A stretch of DNA of 64,000 nucleotides, from positions 3,663,838 through 3,727,837 of the forward strand of contig CAJINV010000002.1 of NCBI GenBank assembly GCA_905178155.1, given 5' to 3'. The notes under the pieces are model-generated. The model saw nothing but the letters and a program-made list of their open reading frames with translations, had not been told where the DNA came from and did no database searches. Both the position numbers and the translations under genes were made by a program. How positions within the stretch are numbered: the stretch's first letter is position 1; each line of letters begins with the position of its first letter. Positions 48,093 through 60,911 of this stretch are shown in pieces. This stretch comes from Amoebophrya sp. A120 (Eukaryota; Protista; Dinoflagellata).

Positions 48093-51000
48093 CTACCATA
48101 TCGAGACGCACAAATACCGGAACTCATCCTCCGGGACTTCACAGTGCCGCCGTAACTCGGTGGTCTTTTCGTCGTCCAGTTCGTGTCCACACATCTCCGC
48201 TGCAATCTGCAGAACCTTCGCCACCATTCTTTCATAGTCCGCCCGTATCTTATTCATCATGGCGTCGTCCGCTCGGTGCCGCCGGTAAAAGTGATATCGT
48301 TTCGAGTGCTTCAGCAGCCATGCCTGCATCCATGCCCACGCGGTGAGCAACATGGTGCACCAGTGCCGGTCAGCGGTGTCGCCCTCGCTGTAGGCCAGGC
48401 GGTGGACGCCGCTACTGACGGCCGAGAAGCTCCGAAAAATTTTGTGCTCCGCAATCACCTTGTACTCCTGTTTCGTTTTGCCGAGGGCGGAGCAGGTAAG
48501 TGATTGGCCCAAGTGCGCCCGCTTCGTGTGCAACGACGTCCCATCCTGGATCTTCCACGAGCCATCAGGCAGGTGTGCCTGCGACCAGTCGCTAACTTCC
48601 TCCGTCACCGCGCGTCGCATGCGGTTGAGGTGCTTGGCTTGTGCGTCAGAGAGAACAAGGTATGAGGATCCAGAAGATTTGGTCCCGGCTGAAACGGCGC
48701 CGTCCCCCCTGCTCTGGGCATGGCTGCCCCCGTTGCTCGCCGACGAAGCTGATTGCATGGCTGTGGTTTGAAAAACCTGCGTGTGCCGAGCGGCCGTTTT
48801 TTTCCCAGAAGCTATGCACTGCAAAACTGTCGCACTGGCACAGCCCGCATATAAAGTTTAAATTATTTTTTCCAGCACTGCAGACGGAACTTGCCATGCA
48901 GGTTGTTTGACATGATGAAAAAAACTGCAAATCTGTCATGCACAACAAGACCTCGCGGTTGCTCGAGTGCGATAATTCTTCACAGGATATCCGTTGCGCC
49001 TACACTTTTACCTGCTGTTTCCGAAGCGGCTGCCACTTTCCGCTTTTTCACCTCCTGTTCCAGCGGCCCCGCACCAAGCGCGCTGCTGCCCCGGAGGTTT
49101 GATGATGAAGAAGACGCTGCAGCTGACGACGCGGACGGATTTGGGGCGGACTTCACGTGGGCCGCAATACGCATACCGCTTACACCTAGTGGTAGATGCG
49201 CCTTCATTGCAGAATCTGTGCTGTTGTCGTCTTCGGCTTTGCGCGGGAGGGTGGGGTGGCCCGCCTTTCTGCTGACGGTCTCCAGAGTCAGGCGGTCCAG
49301 GGGATGCAGGGTCTCGTCCGGCCGTTCAATTGTTGTCTGCACAGGCTCTGGCAGCCCGGCCAGGTCTTCGTCTCGCGTCAGTGCGGTGGACGAAGCCAGC
49401 CACCGCGATTTCGTTCCATCCCGCTTTACGCCAAAAACCGAATACTGCGACCCGGTATAGTTCTCGCCAAAATCCAGCGCGGAGAAGAAGTAGCGGCCTG
49501 CCGGGCCCTCGCTAGCAGGAACGAGGCCGCCGGCCCCATCCTCTAATACCCGCATGGCCACGAACTTCTTCGGGCGGCACAAGACCCAGAACACGACCAT
49601 TCGCGCCACGTCCCCGTTTGCAAACTCAAATACCGCGAGCAGGTGCGTGCAGTCCTTCATCCGTGCCTTCGCTACCTCTACATCGAAGGCAGCCCCTAAA
49701 TGCTCCTCGACGCCAGCAAGAGCATCCGGCGCCAGGCTGCCGTCCTCCGCATCCGCCAAAGCCTCTTCAAGCCCGATCTCACCTAACTCGCCCCGCGCGG
49801 CAAAGCTTTCGTGTATCGTGGTGCCCCGTGCAAGCGTGCAGACCTCCCTGACAACTTCCTGCGGCTCGACCCGCCACATGTCGACCGTGCCCAGCGTGAA
49901 TTGCTGCTGCTGGGGAACGTGCAATCTCGCCCGCTCCGCTTTCTGCCTGTCCCGCCAGGTTTGGCTTCGTGCCCAGTTCGATGCTATCAAACCCCGAATC
50001 CCGTCGTAATATTCCATCTCCGCTAGCAACTCCTGTTTGCGTTGGTGGCGCTCGTCAGCGTGCTTGGTGTACTCCTCCTGAAGCCGGGCCTGCCGCTCCT
50101 CAAACTCAAGCTTTGCCGCCACGTTAAACTCCTCCGCTGCCTGGACATAGTTCTCCCATGCTTCTGACCCCAAGATGTCCTCCGTGGCGTTCTTATTTGC
50201 GTCGCCGATACTCATCCCGGGAGCACCTGCGAAGCCGGTCATGAGATCCGCCCGCGCAAACTCCTCCGGAATTTTGCGCCTGCAAGTTTCGTCCCGCCAA
50301 TTCTGTTCCTCGAAGGTGTCAATCTCGGCGAGGGCGTCGTGCCTCGCACTAACCTGTTTCGACAGAACACGGCTGACATTTTTCGCGTCGATTACTACTA
50401 TTCCGGAGGGAGCATTCTTGTTCTGGGATCTTTGCAGAGTTGCGTGCCGGCGTTCTATCAGGAGGGTGTTGCGCGGAATTTGTTTGGCAAGCGCACAAAC
50501 TTCGCGAGCGAAGTGCTCCGCGCCTGGGAAGGGGAGACCGTTGCTTGGTTGTTCTGCCTGCGGGCGGAAGTACTGCTTGCAGATTTTCTGTATCTGGAGA
50601 AGGGTGGCCGACGCCGGGTTTCCACTCTCCAAAAGAATCTCCTCCCGACAAAACCGCTCCAAGAAGTCCCGCTGCAGGCCTTCGTCGGTTTGCTCAAAGT
50701 CCCGCATCCAGTCGAGGTGCTTGTGATACGGGTTCGGCGTATGAACTCGCTAACTGATCAGCGACAGGTCCAATTTGTAATGCGTATCTGAGTCTTTGTT
50801 GTCTTTTTCCCTCATGCCAGAATTGCAGAAAAAAACAGTTCAAAAGTGCTCAGCAGGCCATGCTAGAAATGCCACAGTGCTCCTGTACACAGTGGCGAAC
50901 TTCTGCAAAATGAATCATGACACAGGTAGGCGCGGATACCAGAAATACCTGGCGTCATCAATGATTGAAGGGGGCACTGGGGCCTGTCTCCCTGTTCCTT

Positions 51001-52893
51001 TTGCACTGTCTGTGCCACTTGAACAAGGCATGAGGGGATCATAGCAAAACCAGAAGCATCAAATATACGCATGACAAATTGGACCGGAAGATGATGAGTG
51101 AGCGTCTTGCGCTTTTGATAACGCACTACCCGGCCGTAGAACGCTGCTGCGATAATTTCCAGCCCGTTTAGTGCTGTGGATGCGTGTTTTTTCACCACCT
51201 TCGCGTCCACCGGTCCAAGAAGCCCCAACATCCCCCGCAGGCTTTCCTCACGAAGAAGGGCCCGAACCTCCTCTACACCGTGGTAAAACTGTTCCTGTGC
51301 AGCTGAATCGCCGCCGGCTGTGTTCTCATGCTTCGCCACGTGCCCCTCGTACCGCTCGACGGGGCGCGTCAGGAGACTGATGATCAGCATGGTGCAGTCA
51401 ACGCGGATTTTGCTCCACTCGTTCCCGGCAAGATGAAGTCGCGTTTTTTTGTCGAGGAGACCAAGAATATCGGCCACTACTACTCGCGCCAAATCATCAC
51501 CGCACCGTATCCATCTGCTGAAGGAGATAGGGCGGATGCCCCGGGTCAATGACTGCAACATCCCCAATGCTGCTGACTTTGCTTTTTCTGCCGACCCGTA
51601 CTCCTCGATCTCCTGGTCGGTCAAGACGAAGGTAAGGCTGGTCTTGCCTTTTGATTTGGAGATGCTGAGCTTGTGCAGGAGGTTGGACGCGTCCTTGTCT
51701 TTCTGTGTTGCAGATTTCGCCGACCGAACTCGCTCAGCTCCATAGGGCGTCCCCGCTAAATAATCGCGAAAGGCTTTCGTTTGGGCGTTCATCTTCGGAC
51801 CTGCAGTGGCGGAATCCCTCAGGAGGGAATGACGGTCAGGGCCGGTGGGGACAAAAACTCTCTTTGGTAGATCCAACATCATCCCCGCCTGCAGTGACAT
51901 TTGCTGTTTTCCCACTACTTTGCAAACCCCGTAGCACTTCTTCTCCCACTTGGTCGGGTCGATGTCATTCTCCAAGAGGTAGGCGGTCGCACCCTCCTCC
52001 AGCGCAGTGCCGGCTTCGTGTTCTTCGCAGTGGCTGGAGATCGTTACCACATGTGTGCCGGGGCGGTTAAAGATCTCGTCTTTTTCTTCTGAAACTACTG
52101 CGCCGACCGCTTTGTGCGTGAGAATCATGTCCGGCCCGCGGTCGGAGCTCGTGTTGATGACCAACAACGCTGGCAGGGTGCTTGCGGCCCCAACTACCGC
52201 CTTGACGTCGCGCATCACGACGTCCGCGTTCTTCTGCGACGGAATGCGCTGGTCGCACAGAAGATGTTCAAAACCACTCTCAACAGCTGCTGCTTCGTTC
52301 ATCCGAAGGGCCGTTTTGCTTGGTTGTAGGATAGTTGAAGTCGGAGTTGTGACCTGGTGACTACTCTCGCCGGCGTTCCACGTCAGGGCCATATCCGTCA
52401 CCATCCACTTCGCCGCCCCGTCGGTTATCGTCTGGCGCCCACCACCAAAAACGTCCAGAGACAGCTTCGTTCCGCACGGGGTGGCGTCGCTCATGTGCGA
52501 GAGCAGTGCGGATCTTGTTCCCGGGTCCTCCAATATTTTTCCGGCCAGAAGCTCGCCAGCCTCCTTCGCTAGCAGTGCTGCCTTATCAAAATGCACGTCT
52601 TTTCGCGGTTCTCCATTCATGAACGGCTCCAACGTCCGGCCGAGAATTTCATCGCGAAGAACATCGGCTTTTTCCGTCCCATCACCGAGCACAAGACCGG
52701 ACGCTAAAAGGCGGTCCGCGTTGGTACCGCTGCCTTCCGTGGAAGCGCCCGCTCCTGCAGAGCCTGGAGCTCGGTCAACCCAACCCGTCAAAACGTTTCG
52801 CTCCTCTCCGTAGCCACTCGTCGCCGAATCTGCTGTGGCCAAGAGGAATGGCGCTGCGCCTCCCGCCGTGGTGGGTTCTGCCCGGCTTCGTGA
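48093..52893 (-). CDS. DDE transposase-like protein (RNase H fold, CxxH/hAT-like motifs), >=1400 aa; 5' exons probably extend to ~53600
   Basis: ORFs 50863-52905, 48980-50707 and 48093-48824 join in frame after removing introners 50740-51120 and 48813-48989. Ordered motifs: HMSDATP (D ~52487), INTSSDRGPDM (D ~52142), SHCEEH (CxxH ~52018-52029), ISFSRW (~51511), NTLLIERRHA (E ~50454). Confidence 0.65.
48813..48989. mobile_element. Introner family B inside transposase-like gene
   Basis: TATGCACTGCAAAACTGTCGCACT / AGTGCGATAATTCTTCACAGGATA; frame restored. Confidence 0.8.
50740..51120. mobile_element. Introner (aged) inside transposase-like gene
   Basis: IR core GGTCCAATTTGT(A/C)ATGCGTAT at both ends; frame restored. 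Confidence 0.75.
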
Positions 52894-53106
52894 TATGGAA
52901 TGCAAAACGACTTCACGTCGGAGCAGAGGGAATTTTCGACATGCCCAGCAGTATCGCTATTTTCCTACTTTCATCATAAATTCCTATGAGAAACCACAAA
53001 CAATGACGCGCGGTCCTTGCAACACCAGGCTCGGGAGCTCGCGATGAAGATTCAAAACTCCTCATCACGACGCGAGACCGAGGCCGACCTCGTCGGCTGC
53101 ATAATA
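52894..53106. mobile_element. Degenerate introner at 5' part of transposase-like gene
   Basis: TATGGAATGCA..CGAC..GTCGG / CCGAC..GTCG..TGCATAATA; upstream frame unresolved. Confidence 0.55.
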
Positions 53107-55440
53107 CAGACTTTTACCAAGCCGGCGGGCGTGGGCGACAACACGCCTCCCCCTCATTACTGTAGTTCAAACCGAGAGTGAAAATAGCCCAGGACATGTC
53201 GACGTCATGCCCCCCCTGCTCCGAGCGAAAAAACACACATACACATATCCCGCTTGCTATGCTCCGCTGCGAGGCTCCGATCTTTGTGCTCCGCGAAGTT
53301 CTGGCCCTCACGAGAATCCGTAATCTTCGCATCATGCAGGTCATCAAACGCGCAGTAGTTTCCACTCGCTTCCGCAAGGTAGGCGTCTAGTAAATCCATA
53401 ATGCAGGCGGAGGTCGGTGGCCGAGCCGCTTCTGCTTGTAGTTGCTGCAGAAGTCCGGGGGAGCAGTTGCTGGCTGCTCGGTAAGTGGATGTTGTTGCGG
53501 GTGTGGTGTTGTACTGTAGGCACTTCTTGCTTGCTTCGTCTGCTAGCTCCAGACAAAGGTCGGCGTCAGAAGCTACGGCATGAGCAGTTGTTGTATGCTG
53601 CCCCAACCCAAACCGGTCCCCCAAAAAAAAATTTCATCTACTCGCCAATCTCCTGCGACTACTTGGCGATCGGGAATGCGAAGCCTGAGTCTGTCCTTTT
53701 TTTTCGATTTGTCTTGCAGGTTTGTAAAGTAAAGAGGTCAACATCATTCGCTTGCTCTGTGCAATGCGACGCCTGATTTTTTTTTGATTATCATTATATT
53801 TGGTTAGAGATCAAGTTCAATTTTGCTGATCATATAGCGCACTCTGTGCTGCGAGGGACGATCAAATTTGCACTAGCATTATCGTCGTCGAGTCTGCGAG
53901 GCTCGTCATCACGTTTTGATGTAGCATTTCGAATCACTTTGTCGAGACCGATATCGAATGGAATTTCTCGCATTACTACGAAGTGGCAGATTTTTTCGCT
54001 CAAAAACTCTGAGGACGAGGAGGTGCGAGCGTGTGTCTTCGGAGATGAATCAACCACAGACTAGTCGCTGTCTCTCTAAGATCCGAAGAAAAACCGCGAC
54101 TCGCTGAACTACGGGCCAGCCCCTACAAGATTTTTGCTGATCCACACTACAAATCGCGCTGGAAGATACGGGGCTTCTCATCCGAAGATCAAGCCCCTCA
54201 TTACCCTATGCCCCACAAAAATACCTAGCTTCGGAGCTCGACGCGCGCATGGGAAGAAAAGCATGAGAGAGAGAATCGACTGCCTACAACACTGGATTCC
54301 GGGCCTACCGCCGGTAAAAGACGAAAAGATAGGATCTGAGAGCGCGCGCCTGATCTGGAAAGGACTGCCTAAAACGACGTCACATAGGCCCTAGCTAGTA
54401 TGGAAGAGTAGCATTCCACTCGGGAGAGCCATTTACCAAGACTTCGGCTCGATGACGCGCAACGAAAAGAAAAAATTGCTCGCGTCAAACTAAATTAAGC
54501 TCTTGCCTCCTCATCCGAAAAAAATGAAAATACTGAACTTTTGAATTTGGTTTGAATTGCTTTAGAATTCTATTTAGCGCCGGGTGCTTCTGCGTTAACT
54601 TATGGCTAATAATCTCATGAAATCGAAAGAATCTTCACCCAAAATCTTTCATCGATTTGAAGATTTGAATAAGAATATTTCAATCTGAGGATTCTCTCTC
54701 TTTCTTTTCCATGTCTGCAGTTGATCATGGACAACATGAGAATGCTAAAACCTAGGAAATTGAAGATAAAGATTTGGATCGAATGCAGGAATAAGTTCTT
54801 CTAAAAAAAAGGTATTTTCCTTAAAAGTTTGAATTGAGAAAAAAAAATTTGAATTGATTCTCTATCTTATTTTCATAATCCAATAAATTTCTATTATTTA
54901 ATTGAAATATGAAGTCATTCAATGATTGTTGATACATTCATGAAATTATACATTGAAATTCCCATGGATTCTTTTTTCTTATGTTGATGTTCTCATAAAA
55001 ATTGATTCAGATTCTAATTTTTTGTGAATTATCCTCGAGTCTGTTCTTCGATATTTCGATATTCTCGAAAAAAAAATATATGGGAATATGTCTGTGTGTG
55101 TCACATGTGTCATATTTCATGTGTCTTGAATATATCATGGATACATTTATTTGATGGAAAATAAATAAAATCAAATCGAGAAAGAAAAGAACAAGATTCA
55201 TTTTCAGGGTCTTGAAAATTTGATGATATACCTGAAAGGAAAAAAAGAATTCTTTTTTTTTCAATTAATATCTTGTTGCATGATTTGAATCCATACATGA
55301 AGATATAGAGAAAAATTTCATATCAATGGACCTGTATATCGATCTTTCTTATCTTGAAAAATAGAGATTCTCTCGTTGTAATATGTGATCCGAACCGAAT
55401 TTTCGATAGAAAACATTTCAAGAAAAATTTGTTATTTATT

Positions 55441-56285
55441 ATTTTCTTTCTTTCTTTCTCTCCATGTCCGGGCATGGCATCAACTACAAATTCCGTTGCA
55501 ATCCCTTTTTATTATTTTCTTCGATGACGATCAAACTCAATTTGATTTTCTATTCGAATTATCTTTCTTTCTTTCTTTCCTTCCATGCCCGGGCATGGTT
55601 TCAAATGTTCAAGGCCCTAAAAGTTCCGTTGCAATCCCATTTTTTTCGCTCTAGTGATCTTCCCTGTCAGAACCAACTCAAACTGAAAAGCTTAATAAAC
55701 AACTACTTATGAGAAATAACAACGAGAAGATCAAAATCTATTTATCTGCTCGTGGTCAACAAGTCGTCTTTCTTCAATTCGATAAATCAAATACAACAAC
55801 AACAGTTTCTGAGTAAAAAATAGATCCGTCGATCGTAGTTCTTCTTTCAAGATTACTTTTTATCCGACACACCATTTCATTATTTGAGTTTCATCTTTAT
55901 CTTTTCAAATGATGAAATTTAGGATGTGTGTGGGGGAACAATCTTTTGTGCTTCACAGCTTTCCCCCAGACTCTTCCCTGCGCCGCGCCAGGTTCCGTTT
56001 GGTAGTGGCCCGCTAGCGACGGAGGGTGCGGGCCGACGGTAGTAGCGTCGGATTCTTATCTTTGCAAATGAAAATCTCGGACCGGATCTATGACAAATTT
56101 ATTTGAATCTGATTCAAATCATATGCAACAAGAAAGATGTGAGAGGACCACATATACCTACCAACATGATGGACAAACAAATAGATTGAAAAAAAAAAGG
56201 AAGAAATCTTCATCCTCTTCCACTTTCTTTCTTTCTTTCCATGCCCGGGCATGGCCGGCGTCAAAAAATTCCAGGCCCTCCAAGA
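55441..56285. repeat. Dispersed repeat: (TTTC)n + palindrome CCATGCCCGGGCATGG (3 copies)
   Basis: Copies at 55462-55477 (1 mismatch), 55583-55598 and 56239-56254. Confidence 0.85.
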
Positions 56286-57109
56286 TCCATCCTCTTCCAC
56301 TTCCTCTCATGATTTGAACGAATCAAATAGGAATCATCATCTGACAATTTATTATGGAATTTCATGACCAGGAGGACAATTTCGGATCAGAAAATCAATC
56401 ATACCGTGCCGAGATTATCATAAAGAAAGAAAAAAAGGATTAGCTTGATTCGGTGCTGGAGGGATATGGTTGATTTTAGAAGATGTGGAAAAAAAAGAAA
56501 TGTGTCGGCATCGTGGTCTTCTTGAATAGCGATCAGTCGGGCCGTGAGCTATTCCTCGCCCGTTTGTTTTTCGTCGCTCGTTTGCGATTGGATGCAGTAT
56601 GTGAAAAGTTGCAAGGCCAGACTTCTTTTCTAATCATTTCCTTTGATGTCTTTTTCGATTTTTTTCCTCCGAGGAAGATAGTAAGTAGGTAAGTACTTTA
56701 CTTTTCTCAGGCGTTGTTGCCACAGTCATGCTTTCATTTTTTCATGTTGGTGTTCAAAAAAACCGCATGCTCCCCTGCCTCCCGTCCTTGTTTGGCAGTA
56801 TCATGCTCGTGCTCTTCCCGTCCTTGTTTCCTTGGGAAACGATCATCAGGACGATGAAAAGTACCGGAACAAAAGATCGCATTGTTCGTAGTGGATGTGG
56901 AACCGGTTTTGATAAGTCGACGCCCATCTCCTTCTCCGGGGCCGGGAAATCCCGTACCTATTGTTGTTTATTCTGGGTCGCGCAACATCGAAATTGCGTT
57001 CGAATTGACGCTACCGCGCTCGTTCCTGTAATTATTTGTTGGTCTTGGTTTGCTAGGCAAGACACGCAACATGGGCACGATTTGCTTGTTCCGCATCCGT
57101 TGTGAGCTT

Positions 57110-59150
57110 TTATTCTTGTTCCGCATCCGTGTTCGTGACGAGTTCTTTTTCTTGAGACCGATCATGATCATCATGAAGAGAAGAGGGTCCTCGGGTCATG
57201 TGGTGGAGATTCGCGGGGATGTGCAAGCCCCCTGCGCCGTGCCATCTCCGGGGGAGGTTTTGGAACCTCTCCTCCGCAGCTTCGAATTCCTGCACAGCTT
57301 TGGACTTGTGGTTGCCGTGTGCCGCTGCTGGGGCCGCATCTTTATTGTCCAGCTTCTTGCCCACCTCGCAGATGTAGTCGCTTAATCCTGTCGTCTGACG
57401 GGTCAATCCAGAGAATGTGCCCGCATGGATGTTTTGCTGTTTGTTTGCTGTGTGGCTCCCGTGCAGAGTGTTCAGCTTTGTTTTCAGCCCCTGGTTCGTT
57501 GGATCGCCGAGTGGTGGATCTTCGGTGTACGAAAGTGGACAACCCCTCCCTCCCGCATACGCACTGCATCTGTAGAAACGGGAGCAGCTTAAACTGAAAA
57601 AATGCTGCAGCTTTTGTATGACAAAGTCTTCAAACCGCAACTGCGTTTACAGTTACGGCCCCTGGAACTTGTCACGCGAACACTAGAAAATAGCAAAGAC
57701 TGACTTTGGCACTTTTATTTGCGAGAGGCATCAGAGGGAAGGGGGGCTTTCCACCATCATATGTTGAGGGCGTCATACTTGATGTGGAAGGCGTACTCGT
57801 CGTCATGGCAGTAGCAAATGAAGGCCTCCGCTTTGTTCGTCTTGGACTTTTTTTGTTTCCGTTTGACCCAGTTACTGTTGAAAGGATTTTTCTGCCCTGA
57901 TTCCAACTGCCGCTTGAAGCAGATGTGGTTCCACCTCCAGTCGAGTTTGCCCGTCTTCGCTCGTGTGCGGATGTTCTCTTCGATCGTCACGACTTTCAGT
58001 GGTTTTTGGGAGTGTTCATCAAATTCAAATTCTTTGCAGCAAATCAATAGGGCTGTTTCCATATGCTCCAAACGCTTCTTGTGTTTTTCCCTGGTGCCAT
58101 GAGCGCTGCATCACAGTAAAAAACGCACTACCTGTACCACAAAGACGCAAACCCGAACTCGTGGCCTGTGCATACACGTCAGGTGGCGGTCTGATAAAAG
58201 AAGCATGCCTGGCCCTCGTATATGTTACAATGTCAAATCCAAAAAATAGAAGTAGAAGTGATCAAAGAAGCATGCCTAGCACATCTACAAATACTACAAC
58301 TGGAACTTCGCAAAGCCATTTTATCGGTGGGGCATCAGAGAACAGGGACAGGCTGGCCGCACTTTGACGCCAGGTCACTGCGTACTCATTCAACATGCAT
58401 AACCTTCGTTCGCGGCGAACGAAGGTTATGCATCCGCTATGGTAAAAATAATGGCGTGCTGTGTTTGGATAGTGCTTCCACCTGCAAGAGAGCATGGGGC
58501 GACGGCGAAAACAGCTGGTCCACCGTCCCGCCCGTCAGAAAGTACTCCTCCAGGTCCTCCAGTTCTTCCGCTTCGAGGTGGTCCGCGAGTCCTTCCTTCG
58601 CCTCATTTCGGTGCTGGTGGGACACTTCCAGATCGCGCATCTTGTTCAGCATGGTGATGTTGAACGGCCGGAGCGCCATACTCCGCTGGATCTTTTTCTG
58701 CAGAAACATCGACGGCCGCATCGTGTCCTCCTGTCCAATGATGTCTCCAGAAAACGCCACTTCGTCCGACATCACCAGTTCTTCCTCGTGCTGCGAACCC
58801 GACTCCTTCTTGTTAGCCACCTTGGTACTACCCGCGGTGAGGTAGACGAACGTTGGGCCGGTGATCCAGGTTATCGCTGCCGAAACACGTCCATGGTTCT
58901 TGGGTAACCAAACATAGCCCGCAGCGAAGCCCGCGGGAGACGTGTTGGCGACCAGCGAGGGGAGCAGAAGTCGCCACATGGCCACGCTTCTTAGTCTCGA
59001 TGGTTCTGGCCGTGGGGTTTGAGGCAGTCGGTACTTCCCAGCGCTGTGCTGGACGCGGCGGATTGGTGCGGTGTCCACGTCTGGGCGGTGGAGACAGGGG
59101 GCCGAAGCCCCGACGGATGAGTCTTGATAGCGTGAGACGTGTCCCTTCAA
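57110..59150 (-). CDS. Hypothetical multi-exon gene (boundaries approximate)
   Basis: Coding-like ORF segments 58482-58850, 57772-58100 and 57110-57522; the last two join in frame across introner 57528-57771; possible GT donor at ~58481. Confidence 0.45.
57528..57771. mobile_element. Introner (F-like, aged)
   Basis: CCCCTCCCTC / GAGGGAAGGGGGG IR; frame restored. Confidence 0.65.
58395..58433. repeat. Perfect 39-bp palindrome
   Basis: ATGCATAACCTTCGTTCGC-G-GCGAACGAAGGTTATGCAT. Confidence 0.9.
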
Positions 59151-60911
59151 TTTGAAGTGTTTGATGTCGGTGTGCGGATTCTTGGAATCCTGTTCTTGAT
59201 CTTGAAAATAAACTTGGTGCTAGAGCAGCAAGGGACCACTCCGTCAGTTTCCTATAGCGTAGTAGATTGCGGAAAACTTTCGACTCGGAACGGTAAGCTT
59301 GGAGCGAATGAAAGCACAACTACACCAGGTAACTGTAATCAAAAGAGCTATACCTCTCTCCATATATCTGGGTGCTAAGAAGAACTACTCTGTAAGTGAC
59401 CACACGCTGCGCTCGCTCGTAAAAATAGGTACTAGAAGCTACACTCTTCGTTGGCTACCACGCTGCTTCATTCTCACTGAAGCTAAAAGCTTTGCCTCAT
59501 TCCGCTCCGGAAATAGTGACACTCATCTTTGACTCTACAATTCTGTTCCTTTGTCACTCTCACCAACCTACGCTCATACGCTAAAACAGGTGCACTTGAT
59601 GATCTACGTGCGTGAAGAGGACACAGCTGCAGCAATTCTTTGAGGATGTCAATGCTCAAACAAAACCACAGCACTTTACTCTGCAAGTGCAATGCATGGG
59701 AGTACAGCTCCTACTACTTACAACAAGAACCGAGTTTGGCAAGACGAGACTGACGGTGCTTTCTGTGGAGGACCGATGATGCCTTATCTGGACAGAGCGA
59801 GGCGCAGAGCCAAATCAAGCAGCAATAAACTGCTGCCATTTGTCGTGACAAGATACCTGAAGCAATCTGCAGTGCCTGGTATGGATGTCTCGCAAGAAAC
59901 AACTTCTTTCTGTGGTTATTCTTTTTTCAATCCAAAGTAGTTTTTGTCGTCCGAAACAGTCTTGTTGAAACGTTTGCTTTGATGATATACTCTGCCAGAT
60001 TTCGTGGTCTTCTTCTTCTTTTTTGTTCCACATCTAACGACCACGACGAGACACACCTCCTTTATTTCGAAGTGGTGCTATTAAATCTGACACGATAATG
60101 AAAATGGAAAAAATGGTTTGCTTATTTGAAAGTCTATTTGAATGATTGAAATTGTAGCTTGAAAAGTCTTGAAAGTCGTAAATTTACACGTTATTGTGGA
60201 TTGTGAAGTTTCGTATTTTTCCTCCGCCTCTTCCGTTCTCGAAATAGTAGTTTTATATCCGATGGCGCACTAGACCTCAAGCGGTTCCTCGAAAATTCTC
60301 ACCCGCCACAGATTCTTTGTTATAGCCGATTGTAGCAGCAGCAGTTTTAGAAAATACAAGGTGAAAGATATATCAGAATAAATCACAGTTGCAGTTAGAA
60401 ACAAAAATAGCAGATCCCAAGTGTAACATAATGAGCAGTAATGTAGAAAATAATAAGATGGAAAAGAAAAAGGCAGGTGAAACAAATTCTCGGGTCTCAC
60501 AACTTATCTAGCGGAGCAAATTAATGTTTCATCGGATTCTAAAATCGGATTCTAAAAACTCTTACAAAGAAGATTATTGTAATTCGAGGCGTGGTTGTCA
60601 ACACGCACGAGTCGTTTTGTCACCACTACCGCGCCTGCTTCTCTGACGCGGTTTGGAAAAGAAAAAATCTATCAGCAGTAACAAATTTCCCGCGCGCGAA
60701 CAACCGAAAGGTTGTTGTTGTTGCGCATGACAAAACTCGCCTCCTATCCTACTCAGCACCACAACAAGTGCGCTCCAAGTTGGCGAAACAATTATTTGTC
60801 ATGCATTTTGTACAACGCGATCTTGTTTTTGTGCGGGGAAAGGGAATTTGCTCTTTGCATAAAACCGTTGTAAGAAGTACACGGTTGGTGCACAGCAAGT
60901 CAAAGTTTCCC

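Noticed and set aside
53700-54600. TIR partner for the 47.4-kb repeats delimiting an autonomous transposon
   Set aside because: Only a 9-nt partial match (GAATTGCTT ~54554); insufficient.
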